Assembly (NCBI GenBank): GCA_035568355.1
Contig: DATMOD010000029.1
Span: forward strand, 1 to 61,555
DNA from: Patescibacteria group bacterium
Lineage (GTDB): Bacteria > Patescibacteriota > Saccharimonadia > Saccharimonadales > EFPC-124
Reading direction: 5' to 3'
Length of the DNA: 61,555 nt
Shown here: positions 8,469 through 17,275 of the stretch, in pieces
Numbering within the stretch: the stretch's first letter is position 1
Layout of the letters: the number at the start of each line of letters is the position of its first letter
Made by a program: the position numbers and the translations under genes
Notes under the pieces: model-generated
What the model saw: the letters and a program-made list of their open reading frames with translations, nothing else
Databases searched by the model: none
Told to the model about the DNA's origin: nothing

Positions 8469-9144
8469 TATCGATGGTGCGGGCAAGCCACAGGCAGTCG
8501 TTCAGCACTGGCTCTATTCCGCTGACATTTTTTAAAAAAGCCGGATTCTTGGTGTTGGCTAGTCGGAGAAACTTTATATGGCGGGGGCTAAAGCGCCCAG
8601 AGGGGTGAGCTATAAAACTCATACTTGCAAAGTCAAAATTATAATCTGAGCCTTGAACCAATACCTGCCCATCAGTTGAAGTCGCTAGGTTTGGGCCAAC
8701 ACCCAACATATCTAGAAGTCGAAGCCTAAACCACAGCTCTACTAGTAAATAATCTATATCTAAATCATCCAAATAAGCCAAGCTAGCGTGTAAAAGATGA
8801 TAGAAATCTGGCTCGGTCACAGTCTCTGTAGCTCGATTTATCATTTTGATGACTTCGTATCCAAACCGCAATCGGTCGTAATCATTAAGAATCTTGCCAT
8901 AAAAATGGATTAGCCGCGAAGATGTTACTAGCCACATATCACCCCGACCTTGCCTGATAATTAGATCACAAGCCGCAAACAGCTCCAACCCACCGGCCAA
9001 CTTACTTTTCGGACGTCGCACGCCCTTGGCAATAGCCGTAAGCTTGCCATGGTTGGGTGTTATTAAATTGAGTATGCGATCAGCCTCACCATAATTTGTA
9101 CGTCTTAGTACTATGGCCTCAGTGCGCAGGCTTTGGTGGTTCAT
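8464..9144 (-). CDS. recO: DNA repair protein RecO
   Basis: EAIVLRRTNYGEADRILNLITPNHGKLTAIAKGVRR matches the RecO N-terminal OB-fold signature. Confidence 0.9.
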   Translation of the reverse strand: MNHQSLRTEAIVLRRTNYGEADRILNLITPNHGKLTAIAKGVRRPKSKLAGGLELFAACDLIIRQGRGDMWLVTSSRLIHFYGKILNDYDRLRFGYEVIKMINRATETVTEPDFYHLLHASLAYLDDLDIDYLLVELWFRLRLLDMLGVGPNLATSTDGQVLVQGSDYNFDFASMSFIAHPSGRFSPRHIKFLRLANTKNPAFLKNVSGIEPVLNDCLWLARTIDT

Positions 9145-9514
9145 GTTCTAATACCTTCTTTACAAACGACACCAATTGTTTTGGCGTAACAGTGGCTTTA
9201 TTTAGCACTTCCCTTACGCCGTAGTGCCGTAGAGCGACTTGGTCAACATCTTGCGGCACAGCGTTACTGTACACAATTACTGGTATGCGAGCTAGATCGT
9301 AATGCGAAACTAACCCTTGCAAAAGCCCAATGCCATTCGCCCAAGGCAACAACAAATCTAAGATTATTAGCTGCGGTGGCGCATCATCAATACAATCCAT
9401 TGCCGCGTAAACATCTTGACACCACGTAACCTGATAGCCATTGCTATGGAGCACTTTTTTGTACAGCTCTCCTAACCAAGGTTCATCTTCGACTAGTAAT
9501 ATAGATTGTGCCAT
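9119..9514 (-). CDS. Stand-alone response-regulator receiver domain protein
   Basis: LLVEDEP...ILDLLLP is CheY-like, and there is no output domain. Confidence 0.85.
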   Translation of the reverse strand: MAQSILLVEDEPWLGELYKKVLHSNGYQVTWCQDVYAAMDCIDDAPPQLIILDLLLPWANGIGLLQGLVSHYDLARIPVIVYSNAVPQDVDQVALRHYGVREVLNKATVTPKQLVSFVKKVLEHEPPKPAH

Positions 9515-9518
9515 TGAA

Positions 9519-10250
9519 CTATAAAAAGCCTAATTGAAGTGACTGAACAAGATCCACTCTAAAATCCGTCCCACCACCAGAGCGAGCCAAACCGAGTTGC
9601 CCACCCATAGCCATTGCCAACTGCCCAGAAATGTAGAGCCCCAGCCCGCTACTGCTATTACCACCTTGATTAAAAGCCTGAGATTGATTGCCTAATCGAC
9701 TCGCCAAGCCGTTAAAATCTGACCGATCAATTCCAGCTCCAGTATCTTGCACGTGCACTCGAACTAAACCGGGTCGTTTTTGCGCACTCAAGCGAATGTC
9801 GGTTTTAGGTGGATTATGACGTACGGAGTTGTCTATCAGATTAAAAAACACACTGTGCAATAGACGTCTGTGAGCAACCACTAGATATTGGCGACGAGCC
9901 GGCTCAACAATTATAGACTGCTCTCTAGCCAAGGCAAACGGCGTTAATTCGTGAGCAACTTCTTCGGCGATCTGCATAGCATTAACTGGCTCAAGTTCTA
10001 GAGCCAAAGATAGCTGATCCATTTGACTAAGACGATAACCAAGTGTTAAATCTTGCACCATTCGGAGAGTGCGTTCGGCAGTATATTGTATACGCTTAGC
10101 GGTCTGCTGTAGTTCGTCGGCAGTCAAGATTACAGATGAGTCATCTAAAACTGAAGCCAGATGAGCAATAATGGTCAAAGGGGTCTTAAGTTCGTGGGCT
10201 GCCGCAGTTATCAAGCGCAGCTGCTCGCCAGTTGGAATATCACCCGTCAT
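9519..10250 (-). CDS. Sensor-less histidine kinase (DHp plus catalytic domain only)
   Basis: The H-box AAHELKTPLT is present. There are N-box and G-box-like segments (DNSVRHN, DTGAGI, GLGLYI). I see no transmembrane or sensor region. Confidence 0.85.
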   Translation of the reverse strand: MTGDIPTGEQLRLITAAAHELKTPLTIIAHLASVLDDSSVILTADELQQTAKRIQYTAERTLRMVQDLTLGYRLSQMDQLSLALELEPVNAMQIAEEVAHELTPFALAREQSIIVEPARRQYLVVAHRRLLHSVFFNLIDNSVRHNPPKTDIRLSAQKRPGLVRVHVQDTGAGIDRSDFNGLASRLGNQSQAFNQGGNSSSGLGLYISGQLAMAMGGQLGLARSGGGTDFRVDLVQSLQLGFL

Positions 10251-10301
10251 CTACCCCTCACCTTCTGATCTAATATTAGCACAAAACTAAGTGTAGATTG
10301 T

Positions 10302-10418
10302 GCGCACCTGACCCATCTGCACTTTTAAGAATCGCTCCTTAACGAAACACCTGTACTATGCATTATATCTGGGGTTGTCAGCTCGTGATTCTTAAAAGTG
10401 CAGATGGGTCAGGTGCGC
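10302..10418 (-). mobile_element. MITE-like element, family 1, copy B, in inverted orientation relative to copies A, C and D
   Basis: It has a perfect 32-bp terminal inverted repeat, GCGCACCTGACCCATCTGCACTTTTAAGAATC. Its reverse-complemented interior matches ACGAGCTG..ATATAATGCATAG..TTTCGTTAAGGAG. Confidence 0.85.
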
Positions 10419-10495
10419 TAACCAACCACCATTCCCTACTTGATCGGAAGTCTAAGTATGACGTAGTGCCCAAAAAAGTATCGGCGGATGAAGAC

Positions 10496-11155
10496 TTATT
10501 TATTGAACTTAAGAGAAGGCAAAACATAATTATCAAAATCCGACACAAAAATTTTAGACTCTGTAAACACCCTCAGGGTTTTGTCACGGATTTTCATAAT
10601 CACCATCGAACCTTGAACTTGATCGTTAAAACTACCGTCCAACCGTATACCAACAGAACCATCTATAGTAATCGGGCTAGATTTCAAATTACCCTGCCTA
10701 ACTATGTCAGTGTAGCTAGATAGCACTTGATCATACGGCGTATTAACAATAGATACTCGCAAAGCCGATAGCTTGGTGCCGATAGCTTGCACCACATCGG
10801 GCTGAAAATAAGTCTCAAACCCAGAACCATCTGCACCACTATTACCTAAATAGACACTCCAAGTTCTTGGGAAGTTAAATTGTACATGGCCAAGATCTTC
10901 TGGGCCATTAAAGGGACGGACTGGCTGCTTCTCTCTCTCAGCAAAATCCTTAGCGTCCGAATCTGCTTGCTCTTTTTTAGCAATTGCTACCGCGCTAGAG
11001 ATCTTAATATCCACATTATTCTTCTGGTCTGCATAACCCATATACGCCCAAATACTCAAACCGCCTAAACCAAAAACCAACAAAAGTAAGACAACCGTCA
11101 CAACTACTAACGGGTTAATTATGCCTTGTTGTTGATATCTGTTTTTGATATTCAT
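10496..11155 (-). CDS. Hypothetical membrane-anchored extracytoplasmic protein
   Basis: It has a single N-terminal transmembrane helix (LVVVTVVLLLLVFGLGGLSIWAY). I recognise no motif. Confidence 0.65.
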   Translation of the reverse strand: MNIKNRYQQQGIINPLVVVTVVLLLLVFGLGGLSIWAYMGYADQKNNVDIKISSAVAIAKKEQADSDAKDFAEREKQPVRPFNGPEDLGHVQFNFPRTWSVYLGNSGADGSGFETYFQPDVVQAIGTKLSALRVSIVNTPYDQVLSSYTDIVRQGNLKSSPITIDGSVGIRLDGSFNDQVQGSMVIMKIRDKTLRVFTESKIFVSDFDNYVLPSLKFNK

Positions 11156-11227
11156 CTAGATTTATAACGCTTGTCCTTAGTAATTATTATACTACATGCG
11201 CCCAGTAATTTATCCTAATAACACTTA

Positions 11228-11722
11228 CTAGAGCTTATATAGATACAAGCCTTCTTTCAAAAGAATCGGTTTTTTATTGGGTAGAGCAAAACCATAACTT
11301 ACTAGATGGATCGGTTTTTTGTGATCTTTGGCTACACCTTCTAATTTCTTGTTGAGCCGGTCCATAAATGCACCGTTCAAAAAAACATAAATCCCTTCAG
11401 TATCAAGTGGCAGAGTACTGAGCCAAAAATCTCGCAGATGGATGTGTGTTAACCCACGATATTTAAGACAACGCAGCCAAGCAATAAGGCACAGTATGGG
11501 ATTTATTTCGTAACCATGGGCAACCAACCCGCGCTTAGCGGCCGCGATCAAGAAACTTCCATCTCCGGAACCAAGATCTACAACAACACTACCAGCTGGC
11601 AGGTCAAGCAGATCGAGAGCCACCCCAATCTGGCGATTATGTGTGGGCACATAAGGCGCACCACGAAAGAAGCCTGCGAATACTAAAGCAAGCAGACCCA
11701 CACTCAAGAATATTAACGTCAT
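11228..11722 (-). CDS. Class I SAM-dependent methyltransferase with an N-terminal transmembrane helix
   Basis: VVDLGSGDGSFLIAAAK is a motif I sequence. The start overlaps the xseB stop. Confidence 0.7.
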   Translation of the reverse strand: MTLIFLSVGLLALVFAGFFRGAPYVPTHNRQIGVALDLLDLPAGSVVVDLGSGDGSFLIAAAKRGLVAHGYEINPILCLIAWLRCLKYRGLTHIHLRDFWLSTLPLDTEGIYVFLNGAFMDRLNKKLEGVAKDHKKPIHLVSYGFALPNKKPILLKEGLYLYKL

Positions 11723-11925
11723 TGATCGAACCGTTTCTTGATTATACTAACTTCGTGTTCAAGTGTAGTCAGGCGCAAATTTATAGTTTGTATTAGCGCC
11801 GTGCCATCCTGAAATTTAGCTAGACCCTCTTCGACATCAAAATCGTCTTGATTAAACCAGTCTACTAGTAAGTCTAGTTGTTTTAATAGCTCGCGTAGCG
11901 GAACTTCTTTAGACTGCTTGGACAT
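11719..11925 (-). CDS. xseB: Exodeoxyribonuclease VII small subunit
   Basis: It is 68 aa, helical, lies directly after xseA, and has an XseB-like EEGLAKFQDG segment. Confidence 0.85.
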   Translation of the reverse strand: MSKQSKEVPLRELLKQLDLLVDWFNQDDFDVEEGLAKFQDGTALIQTINLRLTTLEHEVSIIKKRFDQ

Positions 11926-13039
11926 GCTTAACTTCCGCCTCTATATTGGCATATTCTAGTGTTACATTAATCATATCACCCAATTTTAGGTCTTTGGCAT
12001 TAGCCCTTAGCAAATGGTCTTTGTTATCGCGCACCAGTGCATAACCTCTCTTTAGTGCCGCCTTAGGATCCAATTGCTTTAATAAGATTGAATATTGCTT
12101 AGCCTGCTGGCGATAACCAGCTAAAGAGCTCTCTAGTTTATTAACGCATTGTTGCATCTGACCATTCACATCCAATTTTGTGGTCTGCAATCTAGAAGCT
12201 AGCCTCCGGGCACAGACTTGTTGTTCGCGGACTATCTGTTGCAAAATAACATCGCGCGCCGGCACCAGTATCTCAGCAGCATTGCTTGGTGTGGCCGCCC
12301 TGACATCCGCTGCTAGATCGCATAGACTTATATCAACCTCGTGCCCTACCCCTACTACTGTAGGTATCCGACTAGCCGCTACTTCGCGCACTAATAGCTC
12401 TTCGTTAAAAACCGATAAGTCTTCGTTACTACCACCTCCCCGAATCAACACTAGCGCTTCTACTGGCTCTGCCTGCTGATTAAAATAATTCAGCGCCCGA
12501 ATGATTTGCTGGCTGGCCGCAGCACCCTGTACTTGCACATTAGCAACCGACACACTGGTGCCTGGCCATCGGTTGTTAAGGATCTTTATAAAGTCACTAT
12601 AGCCTGCTGATTCTACAGAAGCTATCAAGCCAATCCTCTCTGGGGCGAATGGCAGAGATCGCTTTCGCTCAGAAGCAAATAGGCCTTCGTGATCTAGCTT
12701 AGCCTTCAGTAGTTCAAACGAGCGTTTTAGGGCACCTTCACCCACTAAGGTTATCTCACGCACTGTTAAACTAAACTTGCCACCGACCGTCAAGCGTGGC
12801 TGAGCATATATTTGCACCTTCATACCATTTTCTAGCGGCATGCGTAGCTGATAGACCATCATAAAACAACTGAGCAGGGCCTCACTGTCTTTTAAATCAA
12901 AGAACACAAATTTACCCTTGTTGACTTTGAATGATGATATCTCACCTTCGACCATCACGCCCGGATAAGCATATTCTAATGTCTGATTAATTAGCGACAG
13001 GCATTCACTAACGCTAAAGACAGGCCTATCTGTCGTCAT
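11909..13039 (-). CDS. xseA: Exodeoxyribonuclease VII large subunit
   Basis: It has an N-terminal OB fold (VEGEISSFKVNKGKFVFFDLKD) and a catalytic region (LIRGGGSNEDL). Confidence 0.9.
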   Translation of the reverse strand: MTTDRPVFSVSECLSLINQTLEYAYPGVMVEGEISSFKVNKGKFVFFDLKDSEALLSCFMMVYQLRMPLENGMKVQIYAQPRLTVGGKFSLTVREITLVGEGALKRSFELLKAKLDHEGLFASERKRSLPFAPERIGLIASVESAGYSDFIKILNNRWPGTSVSVANVQVQGAAASQQIIRALNYFNQQAEPVEALVLIRGGGSNEDLSVFNEELLVREVAASRIPTVVGVGHEVDISLCDLAADVRAATPSNAAEILVPARDVILQQIVREQQVCARRLASRLQTTKLDVNGQMQQCVNKLESSLAGYRQQAKQYSILLKQLDPKAALKRGYALVRDNKDHLLRANAKDLKLGDMINVTLEYANIEAEVKHVQAV

Positions 13040-14060
13040 AATTCCTCAAAGCCTTATGATAAAACAAATAACCAGTAATGAGCGCTATGGTCAATGTGAC
13101 TACTCGGGATACCAATGTAGCACTAAGTGCCAAAGGCCCAGACACACCGGCAGCTATTAAAGTGGCCACCATCACCGGTTCGTAGACTCCTAAACCACCC
13201 GGGAAAATTGCCACCAGACCAGTAATAGTCGCGAGCGCGTAAGCAATAATTACTGCCCCAGGGTTAATCCACGCACCGTGAGCCACAAAAGCCACATAGA
13301 CCGTTGCTACCTCAAATACATTAGCAGCCAACGCCCACCCAAGAGCTGGCCACATTTTATGCACATCTTTACGTAATAACAAATAGTCTGTGTGTAGTTC
13401 TTCGAATGTTTTTTCTACTCGCTTAAGGTTAATACTCTCGGGGTGAGCCCGCCTAAAAACATGCAGTACCCAATTGACTGCTCGACTGATAGCATGTGCG
13501 AATTGCTTGATACGATTTATTGAGCCTATTACATAAACCAGTACTAAAGTGCCAAAAAGAATCGACAGGGTTAGCGTAGTCGCTAAAAATATAATTACTC
13601 CATTGGCCTTATTCTCAATTGCCAGCATGATGACAGCCACCAAAAGCAAGATTATAAAACTAACAAAAGCCAGCATGAATCGCATAAGGTGCGCGAGTGT
13701 CGATTTAGCAGTCGATATACCATACTGTTTTAAGCGCAGTGTCAGATAAGAAAAGCCAGACACTCCCCCACTGGGGAAAATATGGTTTACAAAATTGAGT
13801 TCGACTACTGCCTTAAATAATACTCGTTGCGACAGTTTACCGCCCGTAACGGTAAAATAGTGCCCCAACACACGCGACACAGCATAGAAAGCTAGTCCCT
13901 GCATTGGTAACATCAAAGCTAGAACCCATAGATTTAGGTGTCGCAACTTTTCTACAGCTACTAGAATGTCGCGCCTAGCCAAAAACAAAACAACAGCCAC
14001 AGCCAAAAAGGCCACTACATTCAACCAAAATTTAAACCGTGGTAACGTCTTCTTACTCAT
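13026..14060 (-). CDS. Flippase-like / lysyl-phosphatidylglycerol-synthase transmembrane-region family membrane protein
   Basis: It has roughly 8 transmembrane helices and a UPF0104-like architecture. Confidence 0.7.
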   Translation of the reverse strand: MSKKTLPRFKFWLNVVAFLAVAVVLFLARRDILVAVEKLRHLNLWVLALMLPMQGLAFYAVSRVLGHYFTVTGGKLSQRVLFKAVVELNFVNHIFPSGGVSGFSYLTLRLKQYGISTAKSTLAHLMRFMLAFVSFIILLLVAVIMLAIENKANGVIIFLATTLTLSILFGTLVLVYVIGSINRIKQFAHAISRAVNWVLHVFRRAHPESINLKRVEKTFEELHTDYLLLRKDVHKMWPALGWALAANVFEVATVYVAFVAHGAWINPGAVIIAYALATITGLVAIFPGGLGVYEPVMVATLIAAGVSGPLALSATLVSRVVTLTIALITGYLFYHKALRNYDDR

Positions 14061-14143
14061 TGGATATCATTATAGCAAACCCAGCTGACGCAAAATTCCC
14101 CCTGTTAGAAGACAGTCTTCTAGAAGAACTGTATAATAGCCGT

Positions 14144-15307
14144 ATGGTAATTTGTACACTTGGTCGCCAACCTGAACTTGGCATGGCAGAGTTGGAGTCG
14201 CTTTATGGCGCATCTGCTCTACATTCACTCAACAATCAAGTGGCGTCAGTTGATGTCGAGGCACGTGACATCAACCAAAATAACCTAGGCGGCACTATAA
14301 AAATCGCCACGCCGCTTATTACACTAAACACCACTAAATGGGACGCTATAATAGACGCTTGCCAGCAACAACTAATCAAGTTGGCACCAAATATACCTGA
14401 GGGCAAAATTACCATCGGCCTAAGTGCCTTGGGCGTCAGGGTCAACTCCAGAGATATGCAACGTGCCGGATTAAGTCTTAAAAAAAGTTTAAAAAACCTT
14501 GGGCACAGCGTAAGGCTAGTACCAAATGCTGCCCCAGAACTAAACAGTGCTCAAGTGCTTCATAATCAACTTACTGGACCACGCGGTGTAGAGTTACTGC
14601 TTATAAGTGGTGGCCAGCAAACACATATCGCCAGGACCACATCTGTACAAGACATAGATGATTACACTAGACGTGATTTCGGACGACCCAAACGCGATGC
14701 TCTTGTTGGCATGCTACCACCAAAATTAGCTCAAATTATGATCAATCTAGCCCAAGCAAAGCCGGATAATGTTTTACTCGACCCGTTTTGCGGTACAGGG
14801 GTAGTCTTGACCGAAGCTGCCCTGTTGGGGCTACGCCTACAAGGCAGCGATCTTGACTCCAGAATGATAGATTACACAATAGCCAATCTGGACTGGCTAA
14901 GCCAGACTTACGGCATAGTCCCCAGCATTATTGATTTATCGGTAGCCGATGCTCAGCAACACAACTGGCATAAGCCGATCGATACTGTGGTTTGCGAAAC
15001 CTACCTAGGCAAGCCGCTGGTCACATTGCCAGACGTTAAGCAGCTACAAAAAATCGTTAACGATTGCGACAATCTGGTCAGAAAATTTTTAATCAATTTA
15101 CAGGCTCAGCTAGACTCTGGTACTCGTTGCTGCATTGCCGTACCTGCTTGGCAGACACCAAAAGGGTTTATAACATTGCCAGTTATTGACGACCTCAAGA
15201 AAATTGGGTATAATCAGGTTAGTTTTTCAAATGGCACTGGCAATCTTAGGTATTACCGTAAAGATCAAATAGTCGCCCGCCAATTGTTAGTTTTAACCCG
15301 TCAGTAA
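14144..15307 (+). CDS. Putative RNA methyltransferase (UPF0020 / Trm11-RlmL-like)
   Basis: DPFCGTGVVLTEAALLG is a SAM-binding motif. I prefer the ATG at 14144 over the GTG at 14039, because the GTG overlaps the convergent gene. Confidence 0.7.
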   Translation: MVICTLGRQPELGMAELESLYGASALHSLNNQVASVDVEARDINQNNLGGTIKIATPLITLNTTKWDAIIDACQQQLIKLAPNIPEGKITIGLSALGVRVNSRDMQRAGLSLKKSLKNLGHSVRLVPNAAPELNSAQVLHNQLTGPRGVELLLISGGQQTHIARTTSVQDIDDYTRRDFGRPKRDALVGMLPPKLAQIMINLAQAKPDNVLLDPFCGTGVVLTEAALLGLRLQGSDLDSRMIDYTIANLDWLSQTYGIVPSIIDLSVADAQQHNWHKPIDTVVCETYLGKPLVTLPDVKQLQKIVNDCDNLVRKFLINLQAQLDSGTRCCIAVPAWQTPKGFITLPVIDDLKKIGYNQVSFSNGTGNLRYYRKDQIVARQLLVLTRQ

Positions 15308-15327
15308 AATAGGATCGAGCAACCAGT

Positions 15328-15600
15328 ATGTCACATGTCAAAGCAGGTGGAACCAGTAAAAATAATCGCAACTCACCCGGACAGCGTTTAGGCGTCAAAC
15401 GTTTTGGCGGTCAAAAAGTCACCACTGGTGATATCATCGTACGCCAAGTTGGCCAAACCAAGACCCCTGGACCTGGCACTTTTATTAGCCGTAACTTCAC
15501 CATCCACGCTGCCAAAGATGGCGTAGTTGGATTCAAGAAGGTGATGGTTAAGCGTTTCACTGGTACCACTACCCGTCGTACACAAGTTATTGTTGAATAA
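15328..15600 (+). CDS. rpmA: 50S ribosomal protein L27
   Basis: The sequence reads KAGGTSKNNRNSPGQRLGVKRFGGQ. Confidence 0.95.
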   Translation: MSHVKAGGTSKNNRNSPGQRLGVKRFGGQKVTTGDIIVRQVGQTKTPGPGTFISRNFTIHAAKDGVVGFKKVMVKRFTGTTTRRTQVIVE

Positions 15601-15653
15601 CCAAGAATCTCTACTCTACAGCACAGTTCTTTTTAGATTCTAGAAGTTCAGGC

Positions 15654-16061
15654 CTAATTTATTAGCTCAGTGTTTTGTGCTTGTTTCGCAAGTTTTTTGT
15701 CAAACGTCCAAAGTGGTTCAGCATTATTAAGTTTTGCATATACGGCAAGGCAGCAATCTTCAAATGACAGATTAGAGCGTGCCTCATAAACTGGTAACGC
15801 CTGATTAAACAGCGCTCGATTACAGTTAAGTTGGTCCATGCTCATAACACCTTCTACGGCTTCTCGAGCTTGAGCGCGACTAAAACCATATGTCTCCCCT
15901 GTTAGAACAAATACAATTTCCATAATGGCAATATCTGCAATCGCAAATTGACCAGCATGGCTTTTTATTAGAGCTACTGCCGATTGATGTTGATCAGGTA
16001 CATCTTTGAGCAACAACCTCAGCAAAACATTAGTATCTAGCGATCCAGAAACCCGGCTCAT
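15654..16061 (-). CDS. vapC: PIN-domain toxin (VapC family)
   Basis: LDTNVLLRLL is a PIN N-terminal acidic motif. The gene overlaps the upstream antitoxin. Confidence 0.85.
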   Translation of the reverse strand: MSRVSGSLDTNVLLRLLLKDVPDQHQSAVALIKSHAGQFAIADIAIMEIVFVLTGETYGFSRAQAREAVEGVMSMDQLNCNRALFNQALPVYEARSNLSFEDCCLAVYAKLNNAEPLWTFDKKLAKQAQNTELIN

Positions 16062-16312
16062 CGTACATGCTCTCGGCGATGTTTTTGATAATATTCATCA
16101 ACATCCGTCACTGGCTTGGCGCCAGGTTTAATGTAGCTCGTGAGTCTAGTACTGAGCTCTTCGATACCCACTGGCTTGGCCAAAGTGGCTGTCTGTGCGG
16201 CTTGATCCAGCTTAAGTAATAGTTTGTCCCCCGTCTGGATACGTAGCTTTCGCCGTACTTCAACCGGCAACGTAAGTTGACCTTTGGAGCTAAGAGTGAT
16301 CATTGTTTGCAT
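16058..16312 (-). CDS. vapB: AbrB/SpoVT-type antitoxin (VapB)
   Basis: LSSKGQLTLPVEVRRKL is a swapped-hairpin motif. Confidence 0.8.
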   Translation of the reverse strand: MQTMITLSSKGQLTLPVEVRRKLRIQTGDKLLLKLDQAAQTATLAKPVGIEELSTRLTSYIKPGAKPVTDVDEYYQKHRREHVR

Positions 16313-16494
16313 GTCTTGATAATAGCATGATGTCTTACTTATTGCAATGTAGTAAGCAATTATCCACTAGGTAAGCTAAGATCTTTACTGGGGGCAAACA
16401 AAATCTAAACCTGTTCTTGCGCTTACTCTATTTACAACTTGGTTCCTAGCATGCCAAGATAGTTATGTAACATTAACAACTTGGGGGTGCGGGT

Positions 16495-16698
16495 ATGGAA
16501 GAAGAACAAAAATCAACACAAGACTGTGGATGCCAGTGTGAGATGTGCAAGAGTGGTGAGCACAGCGCCTGCACTACTGGCATGTGTCAATACAACAAGC
16601 AAAAAAACACCTGTGGCTGCGATTGCGAGCAATGCAAAGCCGGCCAGCATCACAATAACGGCATGTGTAATTACAAGGGCAACGACAGTACTACTTAG
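16495..16698 (+). CDS. Cys-rich mini-protein with an internal tandem duplication (metallothionein-like)
   Basis: It has 11 Cys in 67 aa. The two repeat units are CGCQCEMCKSGEH..GMCQY and CGCDCEQCKAGQH..GMCNY. A GGGGGTG Shine-Dalgarno-like block lies upstream. Confidence 0.55.
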   Translation: MEEEQKSTQDCGCQCEMCKSGEHSACTTGMCQYNKQKNTCGCDCEQCKAGQHHNNGMCNYKGNDSTT

Positions 16699-16717
16699 AA
16701 TCTGACCTAAAATATGC

Positions 16718-17275
16718 TTAAGACTGAGAATATTTTTCTCTGTATAAAGCCGCTTCCAAAAGCGCCATGTCTACTGCCTCTTCTGGAGTATTTGCGCAGA
16801 TAACTTTCCTTCGATTGCGTGAGTCAAAATATTGGTCTGCCATTTTATCTGCCCAGCCGCCAAAACCTGTTAGGGCGATCATCGGTATATCAGCCTGATA
16901 AGCAACAGCGAGCTCATTAAGTGTGCCGGAGCCACCGCTAATAGCGATTACCGCATCACAAGCTAAAACTAGTACAAATTCGCGCCCACCACCACGTTCA
17001 AGACCACAAGGGATAATTATATCTGCGTCTTTTTGTATAATATTTTTGTCTTTACCATAGGTAACCCCTACTGTCAGCCCTCCATTGCGTTTGGCTCCTC
17101 GACAAGCCGCAGTCGAGAGAGAATCTGCATCTTTTTCAGCCCCAAAGAATAATATGCCGTTTTGGCCAGCGATTAATTCACCTAGTCGCTCGGCGACTTT
17201 CTCAAACTCCTTAGAATAATTTAGATCAGACATAGAACCCATGACTCCAATTTGTAATCTACGTTCACCCATCAC
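16718..17275 (-). CDS. SLOG/LOG-like Rossmann protein (TIGR00725-like)
   Basis: The motifs are GVMGS..., GGLTVGV and ISGGSGTLNE, followed by a PGGxGTxxE-like segment. Confidence 0.75.
   Translation of the reverse strand: MMGERRLQIGVMGSMSDLNYSKEFEKVAERLGELIAGQNGILFFGAEKDADSLSTAACRGAKRNGGLTVGVTYGKDKNIIQKDADIIIPCGLERGGGREFVLVLACDAVIAISGGSGTLNELAVAYQADIPMIALTGFGGWADKMADQYFDSRNRRKVICANTPEEAVDMALLEAALYREKYSQS

Noticed and set aside
10358-10723. 121-aa plus-strand ORF
   Set aside because: It starts inside MITE copy B and runs antisense to the better-supported membrane-anchored protein at 10496..11155.
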